A DNA stretch of 64,000 nucleotides, from IMG/VR virus record IMGVR_UViG_3300045988_133735. One strand, given 5' to 3'. Each line of letters starts with the position of its first letter. Position 1 is the first letter of the stretch. This document shows positions 50,007 through 59,450 of this stretch, piece after piece. The notes beneath the pieces are model-generated. The model was not told the origin of the DNA. It saw only the letters and a program-made list of their open reading frames with translations, and made no database searches. Both the position numbers and the translations under genes were made by a program. Source of the stretch: a virus.

Positions 50007-51113
50007 TTATGTCTCAGCGTTTGCGCCGGAATCATCAATAGCCTTCCAAGTCAGAGCACCTTCGACACTCTTGACACGATTATCCATAGCAGTATTCAGA
50101 CCATCTGCATAGGTTTTAGCAGTATCGCGAGCGGCATCCGCCTTTTTAGTAGCATCGGCAGCAGCGGCAGAAATTACTTCTGATTTCGCGGCGGTCAGCT
50201 CATCCTGAGATACCTTTGCATTCCAAGTGTTGCGCTCTTCGGCGGTAATGTGCACCACGGCATCCTTGGAATGACCGTCTAGCTGGTCTTGCACCTTTTT
50301 GATTTTTGCGTCAGTCTCAGCCTTGGTATAAGCATCAGGCACAGCCACATACAAGCCATCCTCTTCAATTGTAATAGAGTTATTGGCTTTTGCGGACACA
50401 CGCACATCAACACTGATTTTATTATCATCAGAAACGGTCACAGTTGCAGTAGAAGTTGCCACGCCGATATAAATATCAATCAGGGAGCCAACAGGAATCT
50501 TAATGACCTCGCCGGTGGTAATAGTCAGCTCGATCTCATGAGTCTCGGTGTTATAGATACCACTCTTTACAACCAAGTCCTTGCCCAACGCAATCGTCAG
50601 AGTGTCGCCGCCAAATACAGGCAGCTTGATAGTGCGAGTTTCTACATCATAAGTAGGCTCATGAACAATACCAGTCATGGTAGTGGTAACAGGTTCGTCA
50701 CCCTTTGCCACACTCAACACACCAGCATTATAAGTAACATCTGTAACAAACTTACCTTTAATACCTTCCACCGCTGCAACCTTGGCATTAACATAGTCAG
50801 CGACAGCCTTGGTGGTCGGAATATCATCGTTGGTAGCATCTGCAGGAATCTGAGTAACGGTTGTTTTGTTCAGCTGCACAAACTCCACACCATTCCAAAT
50901 ATGCATGGTGTAGTCTGTCATGCGGAAATAAATAATGCCCTGCACCTGACCCGCTGCGGGCAGGGAAGACACCATCTTAGTGCTCTTAGTGTACTCAGTT
51001 GTACCCTTAAACAATTGCAACGTATCGGTCGTAAAGTACAGTGTGTCCATGTCTTTTGGAGCAAGGGCATCGTACCGTGCTTTCGTACCATACGCAAATT
51101 TTACTTGTGCCAT
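50007..51113 (-). CDS. structural (fibre- or decoration-like) protein
   Basis: N-terminus VKFAYGTKARYDAL...DTLYFTTDT.QLFKG is typical of phage fibre N-termini. The remainder is Thr/Val/Ala-rich and looks beta-strand-like. Confidence 0.5.
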   Translation of the reverse strand: MAQVKFAYGTKARYDALAPKDMDTLYFTTDTLQLFKGTTEYTKSTKMVSSLPAAGQVQGIIYFRMTDYTMHIWNGVEFVQLNKTTVTQIPADATNDDIPTTKAVADYVNAKVAAVEGIKGKFVTDVTYNAGVLSVAKGDEPVTTTMTGIVHEPTYDVETRTIKLPVFGGDTLTIALGKDLVVKSGIYNTETHEIELTITTGEVIKIPVGSLIDIYIGVATSTATVTVSDDNKISVDVRVSAKANNSITIEEDGLYVAVPDAYTKAETDAKIKKVQDQLDGHSKDAVVHITAEERNTWNAKVSQDELTAAKSEVISAAAADATKKADAARDTAKTYADGLNTAMDNRVKSVEGALTWKAIDDSGANAET

Positions 51114-51127
51114 ATTTTTCCTCCTTA

Positions 51128-51490
51128 TTAGAATTCAGTCCATTGGAAATTTGTAGATTGAGTTTGAAAAGGCTCGACGAAGAACCGACCTGACTCCGCA
51201 CTTTGCTGCACGACCCACGGTTCATATTTGTCGTCTTTGCCTCGTATCATTACGGTCTGACCTGCATAAGTCGCGTCATTCTGGTTGATTGCCTCATTTG
51301 CCGCCGGAATACTATCAAAACAAAGCGTCCGAGGCGCTACCTTTTGAATAGATAAGTCGTCCCGGACGTATATGAATTCTGATGTATCTTTTGTGATAAT
51401 AATGTCTTTGCCATCAATCAACCCAAGCGCAATCGCGGCTTCTACGTCTTCTGCGTTACCGTAACCAAGCTTCGAGTATTTGTATGCCAT
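51128..51490 (-). CDS. hypothetical structural-module protein
   Basis: Frame of track ORF 51128..51499. ATG 51490 follows cGAGGTGaaaaga. Confidence 0.5.
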   Translation of the reverse strand: MAYKYSKLGYGNAEDVEAAIALGLIDGKDIIITKDTSEFIYVRDDLSIQKVAPRTLCFDSIPAANEAINQNDATYAGQTVMIRGKDDKYEPWVVQQSAESGRFFVEPFQTQSTNFQWTEF

Positions 51491-51516
51491 TCTTTTCACC
51501 TCGCTTTAAACGATGG

Positions 51517-52152
51517 TTAGAATGGGACAACACGCATACTACCATCTTCAGTTTCCACAGTTTCAGTCGTAATCTTAATAGCGTTACCAATGGGTTTGCC
51601 CTCGGAGGTAAGCTGAATACGATGCTCTTCATCGTAAGTGATGTTATCAGCCTTGTTAGCCAGACTAGTGTTGAAGCGGTCGGTCATTGCCTTGTTCAGA
51701 GCCTCCAGCGCAATAATACGCTGATCCAGTGTGCTCAGTGCTTCATCAGGGATCAAATCAGACCACTTGCTGATAGGAATAATATGTACAACGCCAGGGC
51801 CAGCCTTACGCACGCGCTGAATCGTCTGTCCTTCAGAGTCCATCTCGACATGAATGAAGGTCAGCTGGAATTCAATGTCTCCAGCCTCACTAGTCAAACC
51901 CGTATCAAATGGCAGAAGATATTCCAACCGGTTCTTGTACAAGTCTTTTGACTTTTGTAGAATTTCAGTTTTATAGCGTTTGCTTACAGGCAAAACATAC
52001 TCCAGCATAACAGTGTAATCGCTAATATCTACACCCTTGTAAGTCTGGTCGGCAAGAAAGTGCAGATTATCCACCAGCTTGCTCCGCTGCATGATGCGCT
52101 CAGTCAGACTCGCTGTGATAGTGTTATCCTCGTTAATCAAAAAGGTATACAT
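51517..52152 (-). CDS. hypothetical structural-module protein
   Basis: ORF track. RBS aAAGGAGGTGtgat precedes the ATG. Confidence 0.55.
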   Translation of the reverse strand: MYTFLINEDNTITASLTERIMQRSKLVDNLHFLADQTYKGVDISDYTVMLEYVLPVSKRYKTEILQKSKDLYKNRLEYLLPFDTGLTSEAGDIEFQLTFIHVEMDSEGQTIQRVRKAGPGVVHIIPISKWSDLIPDEALSTLDQRIIALEALNKAMTDRFNTSLANKADNITYDEEHRIQLTSEGKPIGNAIKITTETVETEDGSMRVVPF

Positions 52153-52153
52153 A

Positions 52154-52303
52154 TCACACCTCCTTTCCGTTCACGATGTACAGGTAGTCATCCAAAGAAA
52201 TCTTCTTTTGTTCAAGCAGGTTCTCCACGAACTTATCCTGTACCATTCCATTCTTATAGAGTCGATGCATACTCTCGACGAACTCAGTAAAAATCTTCTC
52301 CAT
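52154..52303 (-). CDS. small hypothetical protein (49 aa; below the track cutoff)
   Basis: Hand translation MEKIFTEFVESMHRLYKNGMVQDKFVENLLEQKKISLDDYLYIVNGKEV*. Its start overlaps the upstream stop (TGATG). RBS cAAGGAGGtctgctgtg. Confidence 0.45.
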   Translation of the reverse strand: MEKIFTEFVESMHRLYKNGMVQDKFVENLLEQKKISLDDYLYIVNGKEV

Positions 52304-52626
52304 CACAGCAGACCTCCTTGAATTAACGTCAAAGTATAAGCATCAATAATAGCCTCGGGAGTTGTACCTCCCAAGGCTTTGATTTGGTCATATTCATATT
52401 TGTCAATCGGCTCAAGCGTTACAGTGTCATATTCCGGGGATGGAATCAGGTAATAGCCTTCAACGTGCCAGATATACTTGCCGTTGCTGCTGATAATACC
52501 CTGTGCGTCATCTTCGGTGCAATTCACCATAATATCGTGCTTAGGCTGATACTTTACAAACTGAAGGCGGTCAAGAGCATCGATCACTCGACCGTCTTTA
52601 AGTACCTTATAATACACTCTCAACAC
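52303..52626 (-). CDS. hypothetical structural-module protein
   Basis: ORF track. RBS tAAGGAGGTGttgagagtgt region upstream. Confidence 0.5.
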   Translation of the reverse strand: MLRVYYKVLKDGRVIDALDRLQFVKYQPKHDIMVNCTEDDAQGIISSNGKYIWHVEGYYLIPSPEYDTVTLEPIDKYEYDQIKALGGTTPEAIIDAYTLTLIQGGLL

Positions 52627-52630
52627 CTCC

Positions 52631-55600
52631 TTAAATACTGAACATAATGGTTACACCCAGCTGCTCGGACGGATAGTGGAAGCCATACAGCTCACCAGTC
52701 TCCTCGATTGCATAGAAGTATCCATCGTAAGTTGCAAACGGGGTACGCAACCAATACTTAGTCGGCTTGCCCTCTGCATTGTGCTTAATGCGAGACTCAT
52801 TGCCAGTCATGTAGCTGATGGTCTGACCTTCGTAGATATAAGGCTCATCGATCATTGCAGAGTTCACTTCAATCGCAGAAGGAATGAAGAAATAACAATC
52901 CGAAGTCACGATTTCCTTGCTCTTATTACCGGCAGAGCTTGGCACTTTAACTTTCTTGATAAGCTGTTTCCAACCAATGGGCAAAGCATCAACCAACCGA
53001 GAATCAAGATACTCGCGCAGGGAAGTGTTGCCCCAACCGCCAGCATTGTTGGAAGAAGAACTCAGCATCATATCCTGACCCAGAGTGTCTTTTTGCAAGA
53101 ACGTCATGGAACAACGCTTATTGGAATTGTCACTCAGGTAGTAGTTCTTAAAGCTTGCTACTTCAACAATCAGATTATCGTGTGTCCATGCAGCCAGCTC
53201 ACGGCAAGCAGCATCACCAAGGTCTGCGTACCAAAGCTTAGACCAATAAACCGTACCTTTAGCGTGGCGCTCGTAAGCACCATCGTCTGCCTTTGCACAA
53301 CCAAACACCAGTGTAGCGTTCGTCTTTGTGGAGCGGGTGCGAGTAATCTTTGTGTAATTCAGTGCGGAGCCATAGATATTAGAAGAGTAGACATACAAGC
53401 CATTGTCGCCCTTGATGTGCCGAATAACAGTCATATCGCGAGTGCCAGCTGCCACCCCATTTGCAGAGTCGATACCCCAAGTTGTCTTCACGCCAGTAGA
53501 ATTCCACAGCCGGATACCATTCATGCCGTTCTGCTCAAAGCACTGCATCAGAACAGTGTTATTTGCATTTGTGACATCCATCTTATAGTCAACAGCCAGC
53601 ACAAAATCTCTGTCCTCTTCAAACAGCTGAATGTTGGTGTCAATATAGTTCTTGCCATCAAACACCTGCGGCTCGCTGACAAGAATCTTTTCAGTGATAT
53701 CCTCATAAGAGAAATCATTGCCAAGCTGGATGGAGACTGCATCCTTTGCCGTAGCAATGTTCTGTTCAACACCAACCTTGTTCATTGCATAGATCTCAAC
53801 AGGGCGAAGCTGACCGATTTCCTTACCATCAAAGTAGGTAGAAGAATATTCACAGCTATCATAAACAGCATTGATATCCTTATCGCCGGTGACGTAGCCG
53901 CCCTTGTCCCAACCACTGAACAGGTAATACTTAAAAGCACTTTCCTCAGAGGTGTAAGTGGGAGTGTCACCATCATACAGAACCATAGAGCCATACGGAG
54001 CAACAGTTTCCTTCAGCACGGCTCCACGATTCATGTAGCGAACAGTGTACTTGCGCACTGATTCGGTATAGGTTGCTGTAATAGTCTGATTGCTGAAAAC
54101 GGCAACAAATTCAGTATCCCAACCGCTGAAAGTAAAGTCCGTAGAAATCGTACTCTCGGCAGTAGGTGTCTGGATCGGATTCTCTTTGCGTGTAACAGGA
54201 TCAACTGCCTTATCACCCTTATCAATGTACTGAACATCCAGCACCGTGCCATCCTTATTCACGAATGTCCAGACGAACTGTTGAACCAGCGTGTTATAAG
54301 TAATATTCAAGTCAGGCCACTGTGCGTTATAATCAGCCAACTGACGCTCACGCATAATGGGCACATGAACGCTGCCCTCGATAACAGAGTGGTCAGTATT
54401 GTAACCATTCTCGTCCAAACCGGTCATCTTCAGCAGACGTTCCAGCAGGGAAGTATCATCCAGTTCCCACTTTACGCCAGTCAGACGCACACGGTTCAGG
54501 CTCGTACACTTTGCCAGCATTCCAATCAGGTCGATGGTTGGGCAGTTCTCAACTGTCAGTGTGGTGATATTCTTATAATCTGTAACCTTCAGGTCGGTCA
54601 GATAATTCAGGTTCTTAGCGCTCAGACTGGCAATCGCAGGCAGCTCAGCCTTCTTAATCTTGCCGCCCTTAGCAAACGCGACACCAGTAATACCAGAGCC
54701 ACCAGCATAGAACTCTTCCAGATTCGTACAGCCAGTCAAACTGATGGACTTCTTCAGGTTTGGCACGTTTTGCAGGTTCAAATGCTCAAGCAGTGTGTTG
54801 TTACCAACCGCGAAGTCAGTCATATTCGTATTCTTGTAACCCTCGACGGCGGAGCCAATCTTCAGGTCAGTCAGTTTTACACCATGGCTGAAATCAACAT
54901 AGCCTGGATAGAAGCCAGAGATATCACCAATACTCTGGATAATAGAAGCATTGTAAACGTAAACTTCGGTATCGTTCATTGCCGCAATCGGGCACTGAAT
55001 CTCGTAAGTTTGACCACGCTTACCACGCACCTTTACAGGGTTAGAACCATACCGTACAGAGACATAAGTATCAGCGTAGGGGACAATATGGAAAGTACCA
55101 TCGGGCTTCACGCCTGTCCAGTTTGTCGGAGTGTAACCACGAATGGTCATATCATCAGAGGTGCAAGCAGCGCCTGTATACTTTGATGCCATGTATTTTT
55201 CCTGATAACGCTGGAACTGACGCCGCTGGTGGCGTTTATTGCCGTGCATCATAGGCAGATAGCTAGTTGTGCCATTGTCCTCATAAGTACGGAAATACTT
55301 GCGCCGCATATCCATAATCCACAGCTTTTCAGGCTTTACATCCTGATAGTCTTCGAACTTCTTCAGGATACGGGTAGAGCTCCATGCCAGAGCACTCTCA
55401 CGGCTCAGGAACATCTTTGCGAGATCGTCTGCAAACAGGTCACGAATCTTACACCACAGCTTAGAATCATGTGCGTTAAACACACTCTTTGTGCCGATAG
55501 TGTCCATGTCCTCGTAGCCGTAACTCAGGGTCAGACCACCTTCATTGTCGTTACCCATAGCGGTATCGTTGTCGTAGTCAAAACAAAAATCCCAGTGTAC

Positions 55601-58600
55601 GAGGTCAGTAGTGTGTGGGAATACGTTCTTTGCACGGTTATCAACCATGGTATGGCGCTCAGTAAACAGATAGTGGAACAGGGCAGAATCCTTGATAAAG
55701 TAGTTTTCAAAATTCTTCTTGAACTCAGCATCATCTGCATTCACGACCCAGTTCTGTACCCGAATCCATGCGTCTTTAGCTGCCTGAACCTCTTCCTCAG
55801 TACAAGCCTTATTGATGTAACGGAATTCAAAGCTGTGGTCGCCATCCCAAGTCTCCTCGGAGAAGTCGCCACTCAGGAAGCGTGCCTGTGCATCGGTGTT
55901 ATTGTCAATCTCAATGATAACTTCCTTGTGATTGTTCGGGTCCATACCCATGGTGTCACTATTCTTCTTTGAGTTACCAAAATCGCCGCAAGCATAGAAA
56001 TGCCACTGACCATCCTTGAAGACAGTTGCGTTTGTGGTGTCGGTCTCCTGAATAAAAACGACACAGGGGTAGAATGCCATGGTGTCGCGTACCTTCGGGT
56101 TGTCCTTGCGAGCTTGGCGAATGTACGGGTTGAACTCATTAAACTCGTCTGCCAGCAGAGCGTTATTTGCATTCTCAGAAGAGGCAACATTGACTTTGAT
56201 GTTAAAATACTTCTCACCAACACTGTTTTCTGTAAATGCATACTTGCTGCCAGTGCTCTCATCACCAAAGGTGAAACCACCAGAGCAGTTGATATCAATA
56301 TTACGACCAGATTCACCGTATGCATTAGAGCTAGTGCCCTGTCCCTTGTGTGAACCAATGGCGATCCAGTTGTCTTCCACAGCGCGGCCATTTTTGTAAA
56401 TGTGCTGGATGGTCGTATTCGGAACTTCGTTCTTTTTGCCAGTCGTAAAGGTTGGAGCAGAGATCTTGATAATGCGCAGGTCTGGGCACTTCTCAGCCAG
56501 TAGGTCAGGATTCAGCTCGCCGCTCACATCCGTAATATCATTGCGGGTGTAGCGCTCAATCATTTCCTCTGCATTCTTTGCGTCTGCAATAAAGTTATCA
56601 AGGATCTCGTCGTCCGTCAGATTCATCATATAGGACTTCATGCGGTAAACCAGCACGTCACAATCAGGAGAACCAATCGTAATGCCTACCGGAGAAGCCT
56701 GTGTAAAGTTGTCGCTTGCGTCATACAGCTCAACACGACAGGGAATACCATCCAACCATAGAACCATTTCCTTATACTGACTGTCTGGCAGAATGTTGAA
56801 TTCGAACTCCATAAAGTCATCTTCACAGGTCGGCAGGGAAATGCTATTCTGCTCACTGGTCAGTGTGACTTTTTGTGCCTGAATGTTCAGACCGATGCCG
56901 CCGTTCAAACAGGTCAGCGCCGTAGCATCGTAGTTCTTGACATTCGTAGTCTTAAACACAAGTTTAAAGTTCTTACCTAACTTCTTTGCGTCATCACCAA
57001 ACAGCTTGTAGCTGATATTTGCAGTCGTGCCAGCCTTTACACAGAAGTAGGTATCACCATCTTCATCCAGCTGATAACCACCATTAGACCAGTCGAAGTT
57101 GTTGCTGACGGTCAGCTTTGTATTGCCGTCAGTCCACAAACGAGTCTCGTCAGCGTTTGTCTTGCCAGCTGGATTGAAGTCAAAAGCCAGATTTGTCTTA
57201 ACAGGTTCAATCGTAATGCCGAGCTTTTCAATGTTAACTTTGATTTCTTTACTCACAGAACCACAGACGATCTTCAGCGTATGAGCACCGATTTCAGCGG
57301 ATTTCCATGTCCAAGTCTGCATTGTGCGTCCAACGGTCAGAGTAGCAGCCTTAGTGCCATCGACTTCCAACGTCACGGTGGTTGTAGAGCTGGAAGGGTC
57401 ATAAACGGTATAGTTAATTGCGACGTTGCTGTACTGCTTTGCACTTGCTGTCTTTGTGGCACAGCTGATAATGGGAGTTGTATTGCCTTCGACCGCCCAC
57501 ATGATATCCTTTTTAATTGTGTTGCTGGTCACGGTTTTTCCATTGATTTCTGCGGTCATGGAGACTTCTACCAAATGTGCGCCGTGGGTCTGTGCAGGAA
57601 TAGCATAAGTCAACTGTCTGCCGGTAACGCTGCTTGTGGTAGAGCCAAGAATCTTTCCATCAATCGTAAAGTTGATAGTTTTTGCAATATTGCCATACGG
57701 AGTGTAGCGGAAGGTTACCTCTCCACTATAAACCAGCGTATCATCAAAAGAACTCTCCAGATAGAACTCAACAACATTGACAGTCCAAGTCTTTGTACCA
57801 ACACTGCCCACGCTATCGGTCACCTGTAGCTTAACAGTATTGTCACCGCTGTGCAGATACTGGGTTGCGTCAAAGCTGTTCTTTCCCTGGATAACGGTCT
57901 GCGTGCCAACTTTTGTATTGCCGACATACCAGACGCCAGTAGCAGAACCAGTGTCATCGCCAGAATTGTCCACAGAAGAGAACTTGAAATTGATAATAGC
58001 TGAGTCACCAGCAATCACAGTTAGCGCAGAGCCATCCAGACGCTCGATCTTGATAACACTTGTACTGCCGCCAGTGCCACCGCCTCCACCACCTTGGATG
58101 ACAACTTGTGTTTTCACAGTGCCATTTTCCAACAGGCTCAGCTTTGAATCCTCGTAAGTAATATCATACTCACGCCCAGAATTCGGGTCAGGCTTCACAT
58201 TTTTCAACTGCTCCTGAATTTCAGAAATATCGCCATTGATAGTGTCAATACTATTCTGCAAACCAGAAGCAGTATTTTTTACCACAGTCAAATCATTTGC
58301 CACGGTCTCAACGCTGGTCTTTTCAGCCTTTGCTTCTAACAGCTTGTTGATTGCCTGTTTGTTGTAATAATCACTTTGCAAGGTCTCAGGCAAGTTACCA
58401 ACGCTATCCTGTAGATTTTTTACAGCAGCATCATTGCTGGTCTTGTACTCGGTCAGTTCAGTCTTAACGGGCGCAATCTTCTCATCAATTTTTGCTTCAA
58501 CGGTCTTATTAAAGGCTGTCACCCATTCAGCACTCGGGTCGGTGTTCAATGTAATGGTCTTGATAACCTTTTCGCCATTTAAGAACTTGACCGTCTGTGT

Positions 58601-59434
58601 TTCAGCATCATACTGGACATCAAACTTTGCCAGACCGTCAACCCTGGCGATATCATCCCGAAGCAGGGTAACAAAACCGTCAACCTGTTCCTTGGTGTAG
58701 TAGTTTGCCAGTGTGTCAGCCAGACCATCTACGACAGCCTGTGCTTCTTGTGCGCTCTGTGCAGCCTGAGTGGCAGCAGTCTGTGCCTCACCAACCTTCT
58801 GGCTCATCGTAGCCAAGAACTGAGTATACCAGTCATCGCCGGTCGGATCGGTCATTGCGGTGCCGGTAAGTGCTTTCAAAACATTCAGCTTTTCGTTCGG
58901 CTTTGTACGCCACAGATAATTCTTCGATTCACCGCTGCTAGGTACGGTAATTGCACCAGTCGCCATAATTTCAAACTTCAGCACACCCTCTTTGATGGTG
59001 GCATAGTTGCTGACCATCCAGTAGAACCGGATTCTATCACTGCTATAGCTCACATTGATAGGTGCGGTATAGTTTTCAGCATTATTGGCGTTTACATAGT
59101 GAATTTGAATCGTCATAGTCATCAAGTCAACGCCATCGTAATAACGCGGCATCTCAAACGGAATTACCTGACTGTTGTTTTCCTGTGTGATATTTACCTG
59201 AGTCGGACTCAGTGTGATTTCTTTATTGGTATCAACCGTAGAAAAATCATTGTCCGAGAAGGTATCAAACCACGTATAGTTACCACTTCTAGTGAAATTC
59301 TGGTCTTCCACAGAGAAGGTTGCCACATCCTCATCACAATCAACCACTGGACTAGCATCTTCCACGGAAGCCTCCATCGTCATTGCGGGGCTTGCAGCGA
59401 CCATACGTTTGGATTCTTCAAATGATAATGCCAT
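52631..59434 (-). CDS. giant (2267 aa) mosaic tail, host-recognition or adhesin-like protein
   Basis: A single uninterrupted ORF. By eye it contains an N-terminal coiled coil, a Gly run (GGGGGTGGS), Ig-like beta-rich segments and a CotH-like core (GQGTSSNAYG..., ...HWDFCFDYDNDTAMGNDNEGG). It also has leucine-rich repeats (LNLQNVPNLKKSISLTGCTNLEEF...), two F/YxFSGWD Listeria-Bacteroides-type repeats, a LamG-like segment and a ...KYWLRTP C-terminal module. Confidence 0.7.
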   Translation of the reverse strand: MALSFEESKRMVAASPAMTMEASVEDASPVVDCDEDVATFSVEDQNFTRSGNYTWFDTFSDNDFSTVDTNKEITLSPTQVNITQENNSQVIPFEMPRYYDGVDLMTMTIQIHYVNANNAENYTAPINVSYSSDRIRFYWMVSNYATIKEGVLKFEIMATGAITVPSSGESKNYLWRTKPNEKLNVLKALTGTAMTDPTGDDWYTQFLATMSQKVGEAQTAATQAAQSAQEAQAVVDGLADTLANYYTKEQVDGFVTLLRDDIARVDGLAKFDVQYDAETQTVKFLNGEKVIKTITLNTDPSAEWVTAFNKTVEAKIDEKIAPVKTELTEYKTSNDAAVKNLQDSVGNLPETLQSDYYNKQAINKLLEAKAEKTSVETVANDLTVVKNTASGLQNSIDTINGDISEIQEQLKNVKPDPNSGREYDITYEDSKLSLLENGTVKTQVVIQGGGGGGTGGSTSVIKIERLDGSALTVIAGDSAIINFKFSSVDNSGDDTGSATGVWYVGNTKVGTQTVIQGKNSFDATQYLHSGDNTVKLQVTDSVGSVGTKTWTVNVVEFYLESSFDDTLVYSGEVTFRYTPYGNIAKTINFTIDGKILGSTTSSVTGRQLTYAIPAQTHGAHLVEVSMTAEINGKTVTSNTIKKDIMWAVEGNTTPIISCATKTASAKQYSNVAINYTVYDPSSSTTTVTLEVDGTKAATLTVGRTMQTWTWKSAEIGAHTLKIVCGSVSKEIKVNIEKLGITIEPVKTNLAFDFNPAGKTNADETRLWTDGNTKLTVSNNFDWSNGGYQLDEDGDTYFCVKAGTTANISYKLFGDDAKKLGKNFKLVFKTTNVKNYDATALTCLNGGIGLNIQAQKVTLTSEQNSISLPTCEDDFMEFEFNILPDSQYKEMVLWLDGIPCRVELYDASDNFTQASPVGITIGSPDCDVLVYRMKSYMMNLTDDEILDNFIADAKNAEEMIERYTRNDITDVSGELNPDLLAEKCPDLRIIKISAPTFTTGKKNEVPNTTIQHIYKNGRAVEDNWIAIGSHKGQGTSSNAYGESGRNIDINCSGGFTFGDESTGSKYAFTENSVGEKYFNIKVNVASSENANNALLADEFNEFNPYIRQARKDNPKVRDTMAFYPCVVFIQETDTTNATVFKDGQWHFYACGDFGNSKKNSDTMGMDPNNHKEVIIEIDNNTDAQARFLSGDFSEETWDGDHSFEFRYINKACTEEEVQAAKDAWIRVQNWVVNADDAEFKKNFENYFIKDSALFHYLFTERHTMVDNRAKNVFPHTTDLVHWDFCFDYDNDTAMGNDNEGGLTLSYGYEDMDTIGTKSVFNAHDSKLWCKIRDLFADDLAKMFLSRESALAWSSTRILKKFEDYQDVKPEKLWIMDMRRKYFRTYEDNGTTSYLPMMHGNKRHQRRQFQRYQEKYMASKYTGAACTSDDMTIRGYTPTNWTGVKPDGTFHIVPYADTYVSVRYGSNPVKVRGKRGQTYEIQCPIAAMNDTEVYVYNASIIQSIGDISGFYPGYVDFSHGVKLTDLKIGSAVEGYKNTNMTDFAVGNNTLLEHLNLQNVPNLKKSISLTGCTNLEEFYAGGSGITGVAFAKGGKIKKAELPAIASLSAKNLNYLTDLKVTDYKNITTLTVENCPTIDLIGMLAKCTSLNRVRLTGVKWELDDTSLLERLLKMTGLDENGYNTDHSVIEGSVHVPIMRERQLADYNAQWPDLNITYNTLVQQFVWTFVNKDGTVLDVQYIDKGDKAVDPVTRKENPIQTPTAESTISTDFTFSGWDTEFVAVFSNQTITATYTESVRKYTVRYMNRGAVLKETVAPYGSMVLYDGDTPTYTSEESAFKYYLFSGWDKGGYVTGDKDINAVYDSCEYSSTYFDGKEIGQLRPVEIYAMNKVGVEQNIATAKDAVSIQLGNDFSYEDITEKILVSEPQVFDGKNYIDTNIQLFEEDRDFVLAVDYKMDVTNANNTVLMQCFEQNGMNGIRLWNSTGVKTTWGIDSANGVAAGTRDMTVIRHIKGDNGLYVYSSNIYGSALNYTKITRTRSTKTNATLVFGCAKADDGAYERHAKGTVYWSKLWYADLGDAACRELAAWTHDNLIVEVASFKNYYLSDNSNKRCSMTFLQKDTLGQDMMLSSSSNNAGGWGNTSLREYLDSRLVDALPIGWKQLIKKVKVPSSAGNKSKEIVTSDCYFFIPSAIEVNSAMIDEPYIYEGQTISYMTGNESRIKHNAEGKPTKYWLRTPFATYDGYFYAIEETGELYGFHYPSEQLGVTIMFSI

Positions 59435-59450
59435 CTACTCACTCCTCTCA

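Noticed and set aside
50289-59425. Long + strand ORFs inside the late region (50289..51131, 52676..54061, 54281..55186, 55229..55972, 57281..57829, 58748..59425 and others).
   Set aside because: All are antisense to long - strand structural genes. They are rich in Cys, His, Ile and Arg, an atypical composition, have no RBS, and are interrupted at irregular intervals. Shadow ORFs of the 368-aa and 2267-aa genes.
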